DNA from: Tubulanus polymorphus
Lineage: Eukaryota; Animalia; Nemertea
Length of the DNA stretch: 64,000 nucleotides
Direction: 5' to 3'
NCBI RefSeq assembly: GCF_964204645.1
Contig: NC_134028.1
Span: 16,313,653 to 16,377,652 of the forward strand
Each line of letters begins with the position of its first letter. Position 1 is the stretch's first letter. This document shows, one piece after another, positions 11,918-21,967 of the stretch. Made by a program: the position numbers and the translations under genes. The notes beneath the pieces are model-generated. The model ran no database searches. It had not been told where the DNA came from and saw nothing but the letters and a program-made list of their open reading frames with translations.

Positions 11918-12649
11918 TCATTGGGATTTTATAATTCCGACCAGAATTCTTTGATTTCGGGGTAATTTTTTTCGGGGTAACATTTTTTCGATTTCTGCCA
12001 AATGATTAATAACGGTAGGAAATGGTAAACCAAATAACTGAAATTTTTTAAATGAATATAATTTCCCAATCCCTCTAAGTTTTCTTTCATACCCGACACT
12101 AATATGTATATTTTCTTTAACCCAATTAGCCCATGAAATATTTATAGTTTGAGTCGAATGAAAAAGAACAAACCCTTTATTCAAGGAATTCCCAAAAATT
12201 ATAAAATCCCAAAGATGATTTGTTTGTTTCGTTAACAATTCTTCATACTCGCTTATCAGTAATCCACTAATTTCTGAAAATAAATGCACGTCTATTTCAC
12301 TAAAGTTCGATAAATCTATATGATACAGTAATTTTGATTTTAAATATTCGTGTAGTTCACAACCGCTCAATTTGATTCTATTTTCTCTAAGTCCTAATAA
12401 TGTTTTTAAACTTGGCGTTGGTATTTTTGGTAATTCTTGTATCTTTGATTGTTTGGTTGTAATTACTTCGTCCAAAATTGACACTAAATGTTTATAATAA
12501 TCCATATGTTTCCTGAGTTTTTCGATATTTTTTTCTTCTATATCTATTACAGTTTCTTGTGATGGCGTGTTGACATCCATACATTCTGGCTCCTCACTTT
12601 CTTGCGTTAGATTTGGAGTAGACAGTGGAGTTCTTGATCTGTATGACAT
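11918..12649 (-). CDS. Hypothetical cargo protein (243 aa), possibly helical DNA-binding
   Basis: Long ORF containing W..WVKENI.IS..YERKLR. It lacks the TAAATG start, and its flanks are less AT-rich than the core genes. Confidence 0.6.
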   Translation of the reverse strand: MSYRSRTPLSTPNLTQESEEPECMDVNTPSQETVIDIEEKNIEKLRKHMDYYKHLVSILDEVITTKQSKIQELPKIPTPSLKTLLGLRENRIKLSGCELHEYLKSKLLYHIDLSNFSEIDVHLFSEISGLLISEYEELLTKQTNHLWDFIIFGNSLNKGFVLFHSTQTINISWANWVKENIHISVGYERKLRGIGKLYSFKKFQLFGLPFPTVINHLAEIEKMLPRKKLPRNQRILVGIIKSQ

Positions 12650-13090
12650 TTTTTACTAAATATCTAGAATGTAGAATAAAACTAACTTGAAGTTGTAGTT
12701 GTCAAATATCAATTACAGCACTTAAACATGTTTAACGTTTCCCTGCGTCTTAATAACTACAAAAACAGTACTTACATTTATAACTGTAAACTCCTAATTG
12801 TGTTTCTAGAGAGAAATCTTATACGTTCTATATATTGCGTCTGTTCAGTTCGTATGTTGTAATGCGACTGCACTCAATATACCAGGCACTGTCTGTCTAA
12901 GCAACAGATGTTCCTTTGTGATGTAATTGATTAATCCTTTTCAACTGAAATAGCACATTCGATCAATATTCAAATGAGGTGCGCCCCGATCAACTGAATA
13001 TAACGTGCGACAGATGCTTTTGTAAACAACCTAATACAATTACATATAGGCGGTTTGACATAGATCGAGAGTAACCGGTTTTCTAAGCGC

Positions 13091-13744
13091 TTAAGCTTCA
13101 ACGTATTTTTCATTATGTGTTGAATTCCATAATTCAACAAATGTCTTTGCTTTATCCAGTTGATCTAAATATAACTGTAAATCTAGTTTATTAGATTTAA
13201 TTATGTTTTCCTTCTTTTCTAGAGGCCTTAAATTTTTTCAACTCCAAATAAGTTTTTTATTGTATTCATCATTCATGTTAAATTTAGAAATCGGCAACAC
13301 GTGATCAATATGAAAGTATTCACCATAATTATCTATATTCATTTTATCGTCGAATTGATATATTATCCATGATATGAAAAATTCATCTGTACAACCCAAT
13401 AAATTAGATAGTGTTTCTGAATGTGTTTCTTTGTTGAATAATTGTGTTAATCTAGATCTTAAGCATTGTTTCAATCTAAAATTAAGATTTGTTTGATATC
13501 TTTCTCTCATATATTCTGTCATATAATCATTATAAGCTTCTCTATTATCTTCTCGATATTGTTTGGTATATAGTTTAGTACAAGTTTTACAGCAATATTG
13601 AAAACCATCTTTGCTAATCTTACGCTTACTAAATTCTGTTAAAGCTAATTTATCTAATTCACATTTATAACATTTCTTGTAGTATATATTTATGACACCA
13701 GTGTTATTTGTAATATTGATAATTTGTGGTTGTTCTGGTTCCAT
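13091..13744 (-). pseudogene. HNH endonuclease with N-terminal CxxC...CxxC zinc finger (large-DNA-virus/phage type); premature TGA at 13238-13240
   Basis: KKCYKC...F.K.K.SKDG....CKTC, LLGC, then FHIDHVLP. Reading through the stop gives KNLRPLEKKENIIKSNK. Confidence 0.8.
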
Positions 13745-13907
13745 TTATTATACATATTTTTTTACTAAATTGATTTTAGAAGTTATTCATTTATATGTTA
13801 TTCATGAATATATATGAATTATTTCAATAAAACTTTACATTTTTAATGTTTAAAGATCTAACTCATACAAATATAAATATTGAAATATTTTTAAAATATA
13901 CCTATGG

Positions 13908-13982
13908 ATTAGATACCCTATTAGATACCCTATTAGATACCCTATTAGATACCCTAATACCTGATACCCTATTAGATACCTT
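13908..13982. repeat. 12-bp tandem repeat (ATTAGATACCCT), about 6 copies, in a non-coding spacer
   Basis: Direct reading. The following AATACTTAAAACCCCCTTTTTT block occurs at both ~13984 and ~14202. Confidence 0.85.
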
Positions 13983-14257
13983 GAATACTTAAAACCCCCT
14001 TTTTTTAAATAATTATTATTTATACAATTTTCAACCAATTTATTTTTATTTTTTCAACTAATATATGAATAAGTTTGAAAATAATAAAGGTTATTTATTA
14101 TTACTGAGGTTTCAATTTCCATATGAATATCAGTTTATAAAATAAGATATTTTATGTATTAGATTGTATTAGATATGTATTAGATACCTTAAATACCTTA
14201 AATACTTAAAACCCCCTTTTTTAAAATAAATATTATTTTTACAATTTTCAACCTTTA

Positions 14258-15137
14258 TTACTTTTTTGAGTTAAATATAATTAATATCTTAATCACTTTC
14301 ACTATCAGACCCCCTAACAATTTATTCAAATGCTCTATCGAATCTTCTTCTAATTCTTCATTATTTTTATGCTTATTCTTCACCCATTTTACCGCATCAT
14401 CAATAGTTGTTTCATTGTTATGCTTATTCATCCAATCAAATTTATCATTATTTTCTACTTTATGTTTCATAGAATCTTTATTATCAATATCTGTAACTAT
14501 ATCACCATGTGGGTGCCATACGGCGCCATTTTCATTATTATCTTTATTAGTGTTTGCTCCTAATATTTCATTTACAATGTTTGATCCTAATATTTTATTA
14601 GCATCGGTTAAATTCATCTTTATTAGGTGTTGCTAATAATAAATCTTCATATAATTCTTTACCATTTACTTTTTTATTTGAAACAAACTTTGTAACATAT
14701 CTAAATGGGTGTTCTATAAATTCTCTTAAACCAGCACGTTCTATTACATTAGTAATATGTACCCTTGCATTCATATGTTTATTCCAATTTGATGGAGCGT
14801 TTGAAAATTCACCTTTACAATCACAATAATTTCTTTTTTCACTAATATTTAATATTATTTCATTATTTGATGTAGAAGGTATTACATTATTAGATGTAGA
14901 AGGTATTACATTATTAGAAGTAGAAGGTATTACATTATTAGATGTAGAAGGTATTACATTACTTAAATTATCAACAACTTCACTTTTATTATTATCTATT
15001 TCTATTAGTTTAGTTTTATAAATTTTGAAAATAGGATCAAATATCAAAGCTATATTACAAGGTATTACATAATATAAACCATCATTATTTTCATGTGTAT
15101 CGATGTATGGAATATGTTTATATACTTTACCTTCCAT
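14258..15137 (-). pseudogene. Hypothetical protein, probably one gene split by a frameshift at ~14610; contains a 27-bp (NVIPSTSNN) repeat, about 4 copies
   Basis: Overlapping ORFs 14598-15137 and 14258-14617; tandem repeat at ~14862-14962; C.C...H....H zinc-finger-like motif. Confidence 0.6.
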
Positions 15138-15169
15138 TTATTATATACATTTTTATTAAAGTTGAAATT

Positions 15170-16410
15170 TTAATACATAACATTATTTAATTGAGAATTT
15201 ACAATATTTAATTGCGCGTCAGATATAATATAAATGTGCATTTTAAAATTTTTGATTCCTTTATTCTTTGTCATGAATAATTGTATTCCATCTTTAGTGT
15301 TTTGTAGTTTTTTTCCAGAACCATGTAATGAATTATCCTCTGTTGTTCTAAAATCTAACCATAATGCATATTTATTACCGGTATAATAATAAATTTGATT
15401 AATATTACAATTTTCAGATGATTTTACTTTTTCATGTTTTCTAATTTCTGGCCATTGATCTATCATTCTCATTCCTTGACAAAATATTTTATTTGCTATT
15501 CCTTCGATAGTTATTTCTACTTTTGTTATTTCAGGATTATAATAATTATCAACATTTATTGCGCCATTAGTATATGTTGCAATGGTAAAAAATATTAATA
15601 TACCTTTAATAGATCTTCTTGGGAAGTTAATATTCTCATTAATTATTTCATCATTTGCATTAATAGTTACAGGTTTAAATTTATCAATATAATCATATAA
15701 TAATGAAAATCCTTGATTGTATTGAGTTTGAATTATACTTGAAATATTTTCATCAGTTACTGTATCATATTCTAAACATATATTCGATAATTTATAACTC
15801 ATATCTTTATTTACGCTAGATATATTGCAATTTCATTAACAGGAGCAAATGTTATTTCGAATATAACATCTTCTTGAATTGCGTATTTATATAAAGGTGC
15901 ATTGTTATTTATCAATTCAAAGTCTAATGGGATTTTATATTTGCTTCCATATATACTTTTTATCAATTTATCTATAGCATTAGTTAATATTGCATTATGT
16001 GTTTCTGATCTTAATTTATTTTGGTTTTCTGATTGGATTCCTTGAAATATCATGTTATTTCTATTTTCTTTAGTTAACCATAAATCTTTATAATGCATAA
16101 ATAAATTATAATCATCTAATGAGAAAACTGTTTCTGGGCCGATCTTTATTGTTAATTTTTTAATCAAATATCTTCCAACATTATCAACAACATAATTATT
16201 TTTATTACCGGTTACTTTTATATCGGCTGATAAATAAATACTATTTGGAACGTAAAAAGTATTTTGTGTTAATCGAGGGATTCTAACATATAAAGTTTCA
16301 TCGGGATTAATATTAGAAGGGTTATGAGTAATTATATGATGTGATCTTTCTGCTTTAATAGCATTAGATATTCTATGATTCTTAGAAGGATTGATATAAC
16401 TCCCACTCAT
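15170..16410 (-). pseudogene. Major capsid protein (double jelly-roll/hexon-like), split near 15805
   Basis: About 410 aa combined and beta-rich (ITHNPSNI.....LYVRIP, IKKLTIKIG, LSNICLEYD, YALWLDFRT..DN.LHGSG, YIISDAQLNI). Size and position fit a Polinton MCP. The assignment is from family recall, not from a search. Confidence 0.75.
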
Positions 16411-16430
16411 TTATTTAAAAAAAAAATTAA

Positions 16431-17891
16431 TTATTTATTTTTTATCATGTTTACTAATCCAAAATTAATTGCACTTACAACTGTAATTAAAAATAAAATA
16501 ATATGTTCAGCAGCAAAGTTAATAATGTTTCCTGCAGATTTCAATATAAAACCAACAATTGATGCAATAATTCCTGGTAATGCTGCAGCAGATTTTTTAG
16601 ATAGTTCCCATAAATATTTTGCAAATTTCTTTAAACCATCCTTAACTTTATCTTGTATAGAATTATTATCATTCGGGGGTTTATCCGGTTTATTGGGAGT
16701 AGGTGTAGATTTCAGTGAATTTGATATTGCTAAACCAATTGTTGTAAATAACATAGTTACAGCTGTTAGAATTGAAAGAATTGTTATTCCTTCTAATTTA
16801 AATAACAATTTTATTCTATCTGTTAATGATATTTCAGAATCTGGTTTTATCAACAAATCTTTAAAAATAACTTTTAATCTATTAATATTATAATCATATG
16901 ATTTTAATAATAATTTAATTTCTTCTTTTTGTAATTCTATGTTATATCCTAAATCATCTTTTTCTTTTTCTAAATATGCATTTCTTTTTTTAAATTCTAT
17001 TTCTTCAATAACTTTATTATCTCTATCTAATTTTAGTTGTTCCGATTCTTTTCTTGATTTAAATAATTCATCTTCTAAAGTTCTGATTTTTAAATCTCTT
17101 ATACTTTTATCATGCGCAATTTTATCAGATGCATGTCTTATACTTTCAATTTCTCTAATTACTTTATCAGAAAATATATCTAAATCTTCTAATTCTTGAT
17201 CTGTTGCATCAATTAATCCATTCGGTAAAAGTTTTTCAATTGGAACTTTATTTGATTTAAGTTTACTAGTTTTGGAAGTTTTATTCTGTTCAGAAGTTGT
17301 TTCTGTTTCTGAATTTTTATTGATTATTTTTAATAAGTCATCAATTCTTTGACTAAATTCTAGTATATTATCCTCTCTTTCTTCTTGTGTAACATCAGTT
17401 ATTTCATTACTATTACTTATTCTCTTAATTCTAAATGTTTCTAAATTTTTCAAAGTTGATTCCGCTAATATTTTAGTTAGTCTTGTCCTTTGATTAGTGA
17501 TATCAATATAATAATCACCATCCAAATTATAATAATATTTACCTTTAAAAAGTTTTAAATTTTCTACTAAAATTCTGGCGCCTCTATCATTTATATTATA
17601 TCCAGATTCTTCAAATACATGTGGGAACTTATATATAAATTTATAATTTTCTAAATCTTGTCTTGATAAACCTTGATTTTCATTTTCAGGAGGTATTCTC
17701 GATCTAGTTCTTCTATCAAATTAATCTGTTGATGGGGCTTTAGAACCACTATCTGCTAAATTAGAATTATATGCTGATTCATTACCATCATCAATATTAG
17801 TTTCTGCATCATTATAATCATCATCAATATATCCCTCATTATTATTTCCCATTTCTCCCATTTCATAATCTTCTCCACCTTCTACATCCAT
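16431..17891 (-). pseudogene. Coiled-coil protein with 2-3 C-terminal hydrophobic segments; N-terminus disrupted
   Basis: The ATG at 17891 (MDVEGGEDYEM) has TAAATG context. The 364-aa ORF has a heptad-rich region followed by ITILSILTAVTMLFTTIGLAI, LPGIIASIVGFIL and IILFLITVVSAINFGLV. Confidence 0.7.
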
Positions 17892-17906
17892 TTACATAAT
17901 AAAGAA

Positions 17907-19294
17907 TTAAAATCTTAAATATAATATTCCTCCGATTACAATTCCTATACAAGTTAAAGCTAATTTAGCATTTTCATGGGATTTATTATCATCATTTAGT
18001 TTAATTATTTCATGTTGAATATTATCAGTTCTAATATTTTCTGATGTATTGTAATATTTTATTTTAGAATCATTATTTAATTTAATATTATTAGTTTTAG
18101 TTTCTGTTGATTGAATATGTTTTTTATTTTTTTCACCTTCCATTAATTTTGGAGCAGTAATAATCTCTTTATTTATATCATTTAATCCAAATGAATTATT
18201 TATTGTTGCAGTTTTAATTAGATTATTGTAACCAATTATGTTTCCCATCTTTAATACTAAATCATTAGAAATAATAAATAGATTAGGGCCTATACAATAA
18301 TTTAATCTAATATGTGATTTATCTAAATAATTTTGATATCTTACAATGTTTTCTGGAATCGATCTATTTTTATCATTATGAATGGAATCTTCAAATAATA
18401 CTTTGAATTGTTTCTGTGTATCAAATGATGTATTTAAATTTCCAATTATTGGGGATCTTGTTTCAACCTGTGATCCTAGAATACATATCAAATAAGTTCT
18501 AATAGATTTATTTATTCTTTCTATACCTGATTTAGTAAAACCTTCATTATTTTCTAAAATGAAATAAACCCAACCATTATTGTTTTCTTGTTTTAAATGA
18601 TCATAAAATTTCGGTAATTTATTGAAATTTAATGTTCCCAAATCCTTAGTTTCTATTTTACCATAACCTAATTTATTATTATAGATATTATTAAAACTAT
18701 TAGATGGTATGGGAAGTGCACAATATTCTGCAATCTTTTTAGGGCAAGGAAGTGATCTTATTGTTCCAATTTTTGTTCTAAAATCAGAATATTTATATCT
18801 ATATTAAATTCATTACAAATTTTATAAAACTTTGATAAATTAATATTATTATCTAATTCTTTAAAATATCTAGATCCTGGCAAAGCGCACTCTAATTCAT
18901 TTAATATTATTCTGATTTGAAAGGTTGTATGAAATCTAAATAAACTTTAAATTAATTTATATTTAGAATTATTCAAATGATCATTCCAACTAATTCCACA
19001 ACCTGTTGTTGCACAATAAACAGCAAAATTTAATTGGTTCTGCCAATACTTCATATTAGATTTTAATAACCATTGTTTTTCATCTTTCAACTTTTTATAA
19101 TTAATTAAATAGACATGAAATATATTTTCCATCTTTGCATTAAAATTATTAGTTTCAGTAACATAAATTTCTAAATTAGTTAATGAATCTAAAACTTCAT
19201 TTCTATATGTAATATCTTTATTAAAATCTATTGCTGGAATATTATATTTAATTGATTTATTATATTGGAAAGCTTTTGGAAAACTATCTGCCAT
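17907..19294 (-). pseudogene. Conserved Maverick protein with C-terminal membrane anchor, frameshifted
   Basis: ORFs 18947-19294 (WQNQLNFAVYCATTGCGIS) and 17907-18641 (ends LALTCIGIVIGGILYLRF). A homologue lies at ~61195-62575. Confidence 0.7.
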
Positions 19295-19321
19295 TTATAT
19301 AATTAAAAAATTGATAATTTA

Positions 19322-19748
19322 TTAATTCTTTTAATAATTTTTTTATCTTGTTCTTCAACTGTTATATGGCCATTTAAACTTATTATATAATCTAGTGTAT
19401 TTTTTAATTTATTAATTTCTTTTATATTAGTTTTAATTTTTCTTTATTACTTTTTATATTCAATTTTGAACTTATACCAGTTAAAACACTTGAACTTAAT
19501 CCTAATACACCAATTGATATAGCTAAAGGTGTTAATGGACTGAATATTGCAAAAAATGTTATTACAGAACTAATTGTAACCGAACCACTGATAATAAGAT
19601 CATATATAATTTTAGATTTTAAATATTTTTTCTTTTTTATCTTTAAGTCACTTTCAAATTCTAATATTTGTTTTTCTAAATATGTTTTTAATTTAGTTTT
19701 ATTTATATCATGAGGAATAATATCAATATTATCAACTTTATCATCCAT
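19322..19748 (-). pseudogene. Small two-TM membrane protein, frameshifted near its C-terminus
   Basis: IYDLIISGSVTISSVITFFAIFSPLTPLAISIGVLGLSSSVLTGIS. The homologue at 62603-62881 supplies the C-terminus. Confidence 0.65.
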
Positions 19749-19769
19749 TTATTTAGCAAAAAAAAATTA

Positions 19770-20192
19770 CTAATTAGTAAACTTATAAGCAACAAATATA
19801 ACAATAACAGTTCCACCTAAAATCCATATTATTTCATATTTCTGTTGTTCTTTACTTGGGGTATAATAATCTGATAATTTAGGTTTGTATAGATGTAATT
19901 TTTCTTTATTGGTTACCGCGTTATATAAACTCATTGCATCATCAACTGATTGAAAATCTCTATGTGAAATCTTCTGACCATATAATTCTTTGTTAATATA
20001 ATCCATATAGTTTTGCCTCTTTTCTCTATATTCTTCTGCTGCTTTATTGTATTTCTCTAGTGCTAAGTTATGTCTTCTTTGTTCTCCTAATGAACTATTT
20101 TTATCAATATGCTTAAATAAATAACCACCACCAGTAAATGCGAAAGCGTTAACGATTGCCGATCCTATAATAGTTATAATTGCAGAAGCCAT
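19770..20192 (-). CDS. Small membrane protein with hydrophobic N- and C-termini
   Basis: MASAIITIIGSAIVNAFAFTGGGYLF...RRHNLALEK...IIWILGGTVIVIFVAY. Confidence 0.75.
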   Translation of the reverse strand: MASAIITIIGSAIVNAFAFTGGGYLFKHIDKNSSLGEQRRHNLALEKYNKAAEEYREKRQNYMDYINKELYGQKISHRDFQSVDDAMSLYNAVTNKEKLHLYKPKLSDYYTPSKEQQKYEIIWILGGTVIVIFVAYKFTN

Positions 20193-20216
20193 TTATTTAG
20201 CAAAAAAATTATGCAT

Positions 20217-20438
20217 TTATATGGGAGGAATATATTTTTGTTTTTCCAAATAATCAATAGTTAAATTAGATAAAGTAACTGCTAATGTTAATTTTAAAAT
20301 ATCATTTATATCAAATCTATCAACATTAACACTTCCCATTTTGAATACTTTTTTTAATACCATTGAATAACCAACAGTTCCAACTGATAGTAATGCTCCA
20401 TTATATAATCCAGTTATTATCCACTTATTATCACTCAT
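20217..20438 (-). CDS. Small hydrophobic protein (73 aa)
   Basis: Intact ORF with TAAATG start; homologue at ~63025-63243. Confidence 0.7.
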   Translation of the reverse strand: MSDNKWIITGLYNGALLSVGTVGYSMVLKKVFKMGSVNVDRFDINDILKLTLAVTLSNLTIDYLEKQKYIPPI

Positions 20439-20795
20439 TTATTTATCAAAAAAATTACTATCATCAAAATATTTAGTTAACTTATTTATGATTAATTCAA
20501 CATTTATTTCATTACTAGTTTCAATTGTATATATTTCAATTATTATTTTTTTAATATCATCTATAATAAAATCTTCATCTAATTCATAAAATCTTAAAGA
20601 TTCTCTAAATAAATTAGTAATCTTTTCTACATTTAAAGTTTCTTTATCTATTGTTGTTCCATACTCAAATGTTGTTTCATTAGAAAATGCAATATTTTTA
20701 ATATGTGTAATTACATCATTAATGTTAAATTTCATTTCTTTCTCATGTTTAAAATCAAACCCAAAACATATACTCGGTCCAACAGTTATATTCAT
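20439..20795 (-). CDS. Hypothetical acidic protein (118 aa)
   Basis: Intact ORF with TAAATG start; homologue at 63340-63579. Confidence 0.7.
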   Translation of the reverse strand: MNITVGPSICFGFDFKHEKEMKFNINDVITHIKNIAFSNETTFEYGTTIDKETLNVEKITNLFRESLRFYELDEDFIIDDIKKIIIEIYTIETSNEINVELIINKLTKYFDDSNFFDK

Positions 20796-20811
20796 TTATA
20801 TAGTGAAAAAA

Positions 20812-21567
20812 TTACTCTCTACATCTTATAACTAATTCATATATCACAGGAAAGTTATTCAAATCAATTAAATAACCATTATGATTTCTTATTTCTAATT
20901 TGAAATTATTGAAATGTGGAATGCAAGGTTTAAAATCACATTCTGTTAAATTATAATTTATTTGAGTTCCAAATTGTTTGACGTTTTTTAATGGTAAAAT
21001 ATTTAGTATACTAGAACTACAAATTGTTTCTTTAGTAGCTTCGAAAGTTTTTGTAGGCTCGATTAAATTGCAATAAATATAAAAGTGTGTAAAAGGTATT
21101 ATATTTGAGCTGCCTTCTGCGTTTCCAGTAACTCTAAGCGGTTTAATTCCTAACATTTTAGCCAGTGGTTTGTTTACCATAAATTTATGTTGTTCATTAG
21201 ATATCTTTATTCTAATTTTATTAGTACTATCAATTTTATTAAATTTAATTTCAAATACAGAAGTACCCCCGATCTTCAACCGAGCTCTTCTATTAATTTC
21301 CTGCGCTAATGATTCTAAATTATATAATCCTGGTTTTAAAAATATATGAAACCATTTATCTTTATTTCTCATATAAATCATAAACCCTCTATGTTCAAAA
21401 GTTTTATCCGATATATTATAAATTGAGTTACATAAACTTATATTTACTAATTTTAAATCAACACAATTTTTATATTCTCTATCTAATTGTACTAGTAAAT
21501 TATGAGATTTATAATTTGTAAGTCTTCTAGAATCTACAAATATTCTGTATTCTTTTAATTCCGCCAT
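20812..21567 (-). CDS. Minor capsid protein (penton, single jelly-roll)
   Basis: IFVDSR, S.YNI, PGLYN...L...IN, FYIYCNLI and LEIRNHNG.LIDLN match Polinton/virophage penton patterns. Confidence 0.8.
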   Translation of the reverse strand: MAELKEYRIFVDSRRLTNYKSHNLLVQLDREYKNCVDLKLVNISLCNSIYNISDKTFEHRGFMIYMRNKDKWFHIFLKPGLYNLESLAQEINRRARLKIGGTSVFEIKFNKIDSTNKIRIKISNEQHKFMVNKPLAKMLGIKPLRVTGNAEGSSNIIPFTHFYIYCNLIEPTKTFEATKETICSSSILNILPLKNVKQFGTQINYNLTECDFKPCIPHFNNFKLEIRNHNGYLIDLNNFPVIYELVIRCRE

Positions 21568-21589
21568 TTATTTTACATATTTTCTTATT

Positions 21590-21938
21590 CGAAATCTATT
21601 TCATGGTGCCCTTTTTCATTCTTACCTTTGTATACGAAATATAAATCTCCAGAACATAATTCTTCTTAGTCTTCACTTGATAATCTATGAAATCTATCCG
21701 GTAAATATGTTCTGAATTTATATGTATTTCCTTTTAATCCTTCATATTCTAAGTGTATAACTAATTTATCTCCATATTTGTTAGTAACTGTATCAATATT
21801 TGTAAATAGATATTTCTTATGGATTGTTAATTCTTTTAACTTCTTAAATTTATAATCTACTGATTTGACATTTGATGTATCTTTTATTCTATCTAGAAAT
21901 AATTTGTTGTTCTCACTGTTTGCTTGTTTACTCTCCAT
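21590..21938 (-). pseudogene. Small Maverick protein, possibly an OB-fold ssDNA-binding protein; premature stop at ~21666
   Basis: FKKLKEL....KY.......V.NKYG...VI.L...YLP.RF pattern, located next to pPolB. The fold call is an inference. Confidence 0.5.
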
Positions 21939-21967
21939 TTATAATACATATTTTTATCAAAATTTGA

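Noticed and set aside
13238-13240. TGA read as Trp (alternative genetic code) in the HNH gene
   Set aside because: Other genes use TGG for Trp, and the element has many unrelated stops and frameshifts, so decay is the simpler explanation.
16375-17199. Plus-strand ORFs inside the Maverick
   Set aside because: They are antisense shadows of minus-strand genes with no motifs or start context.
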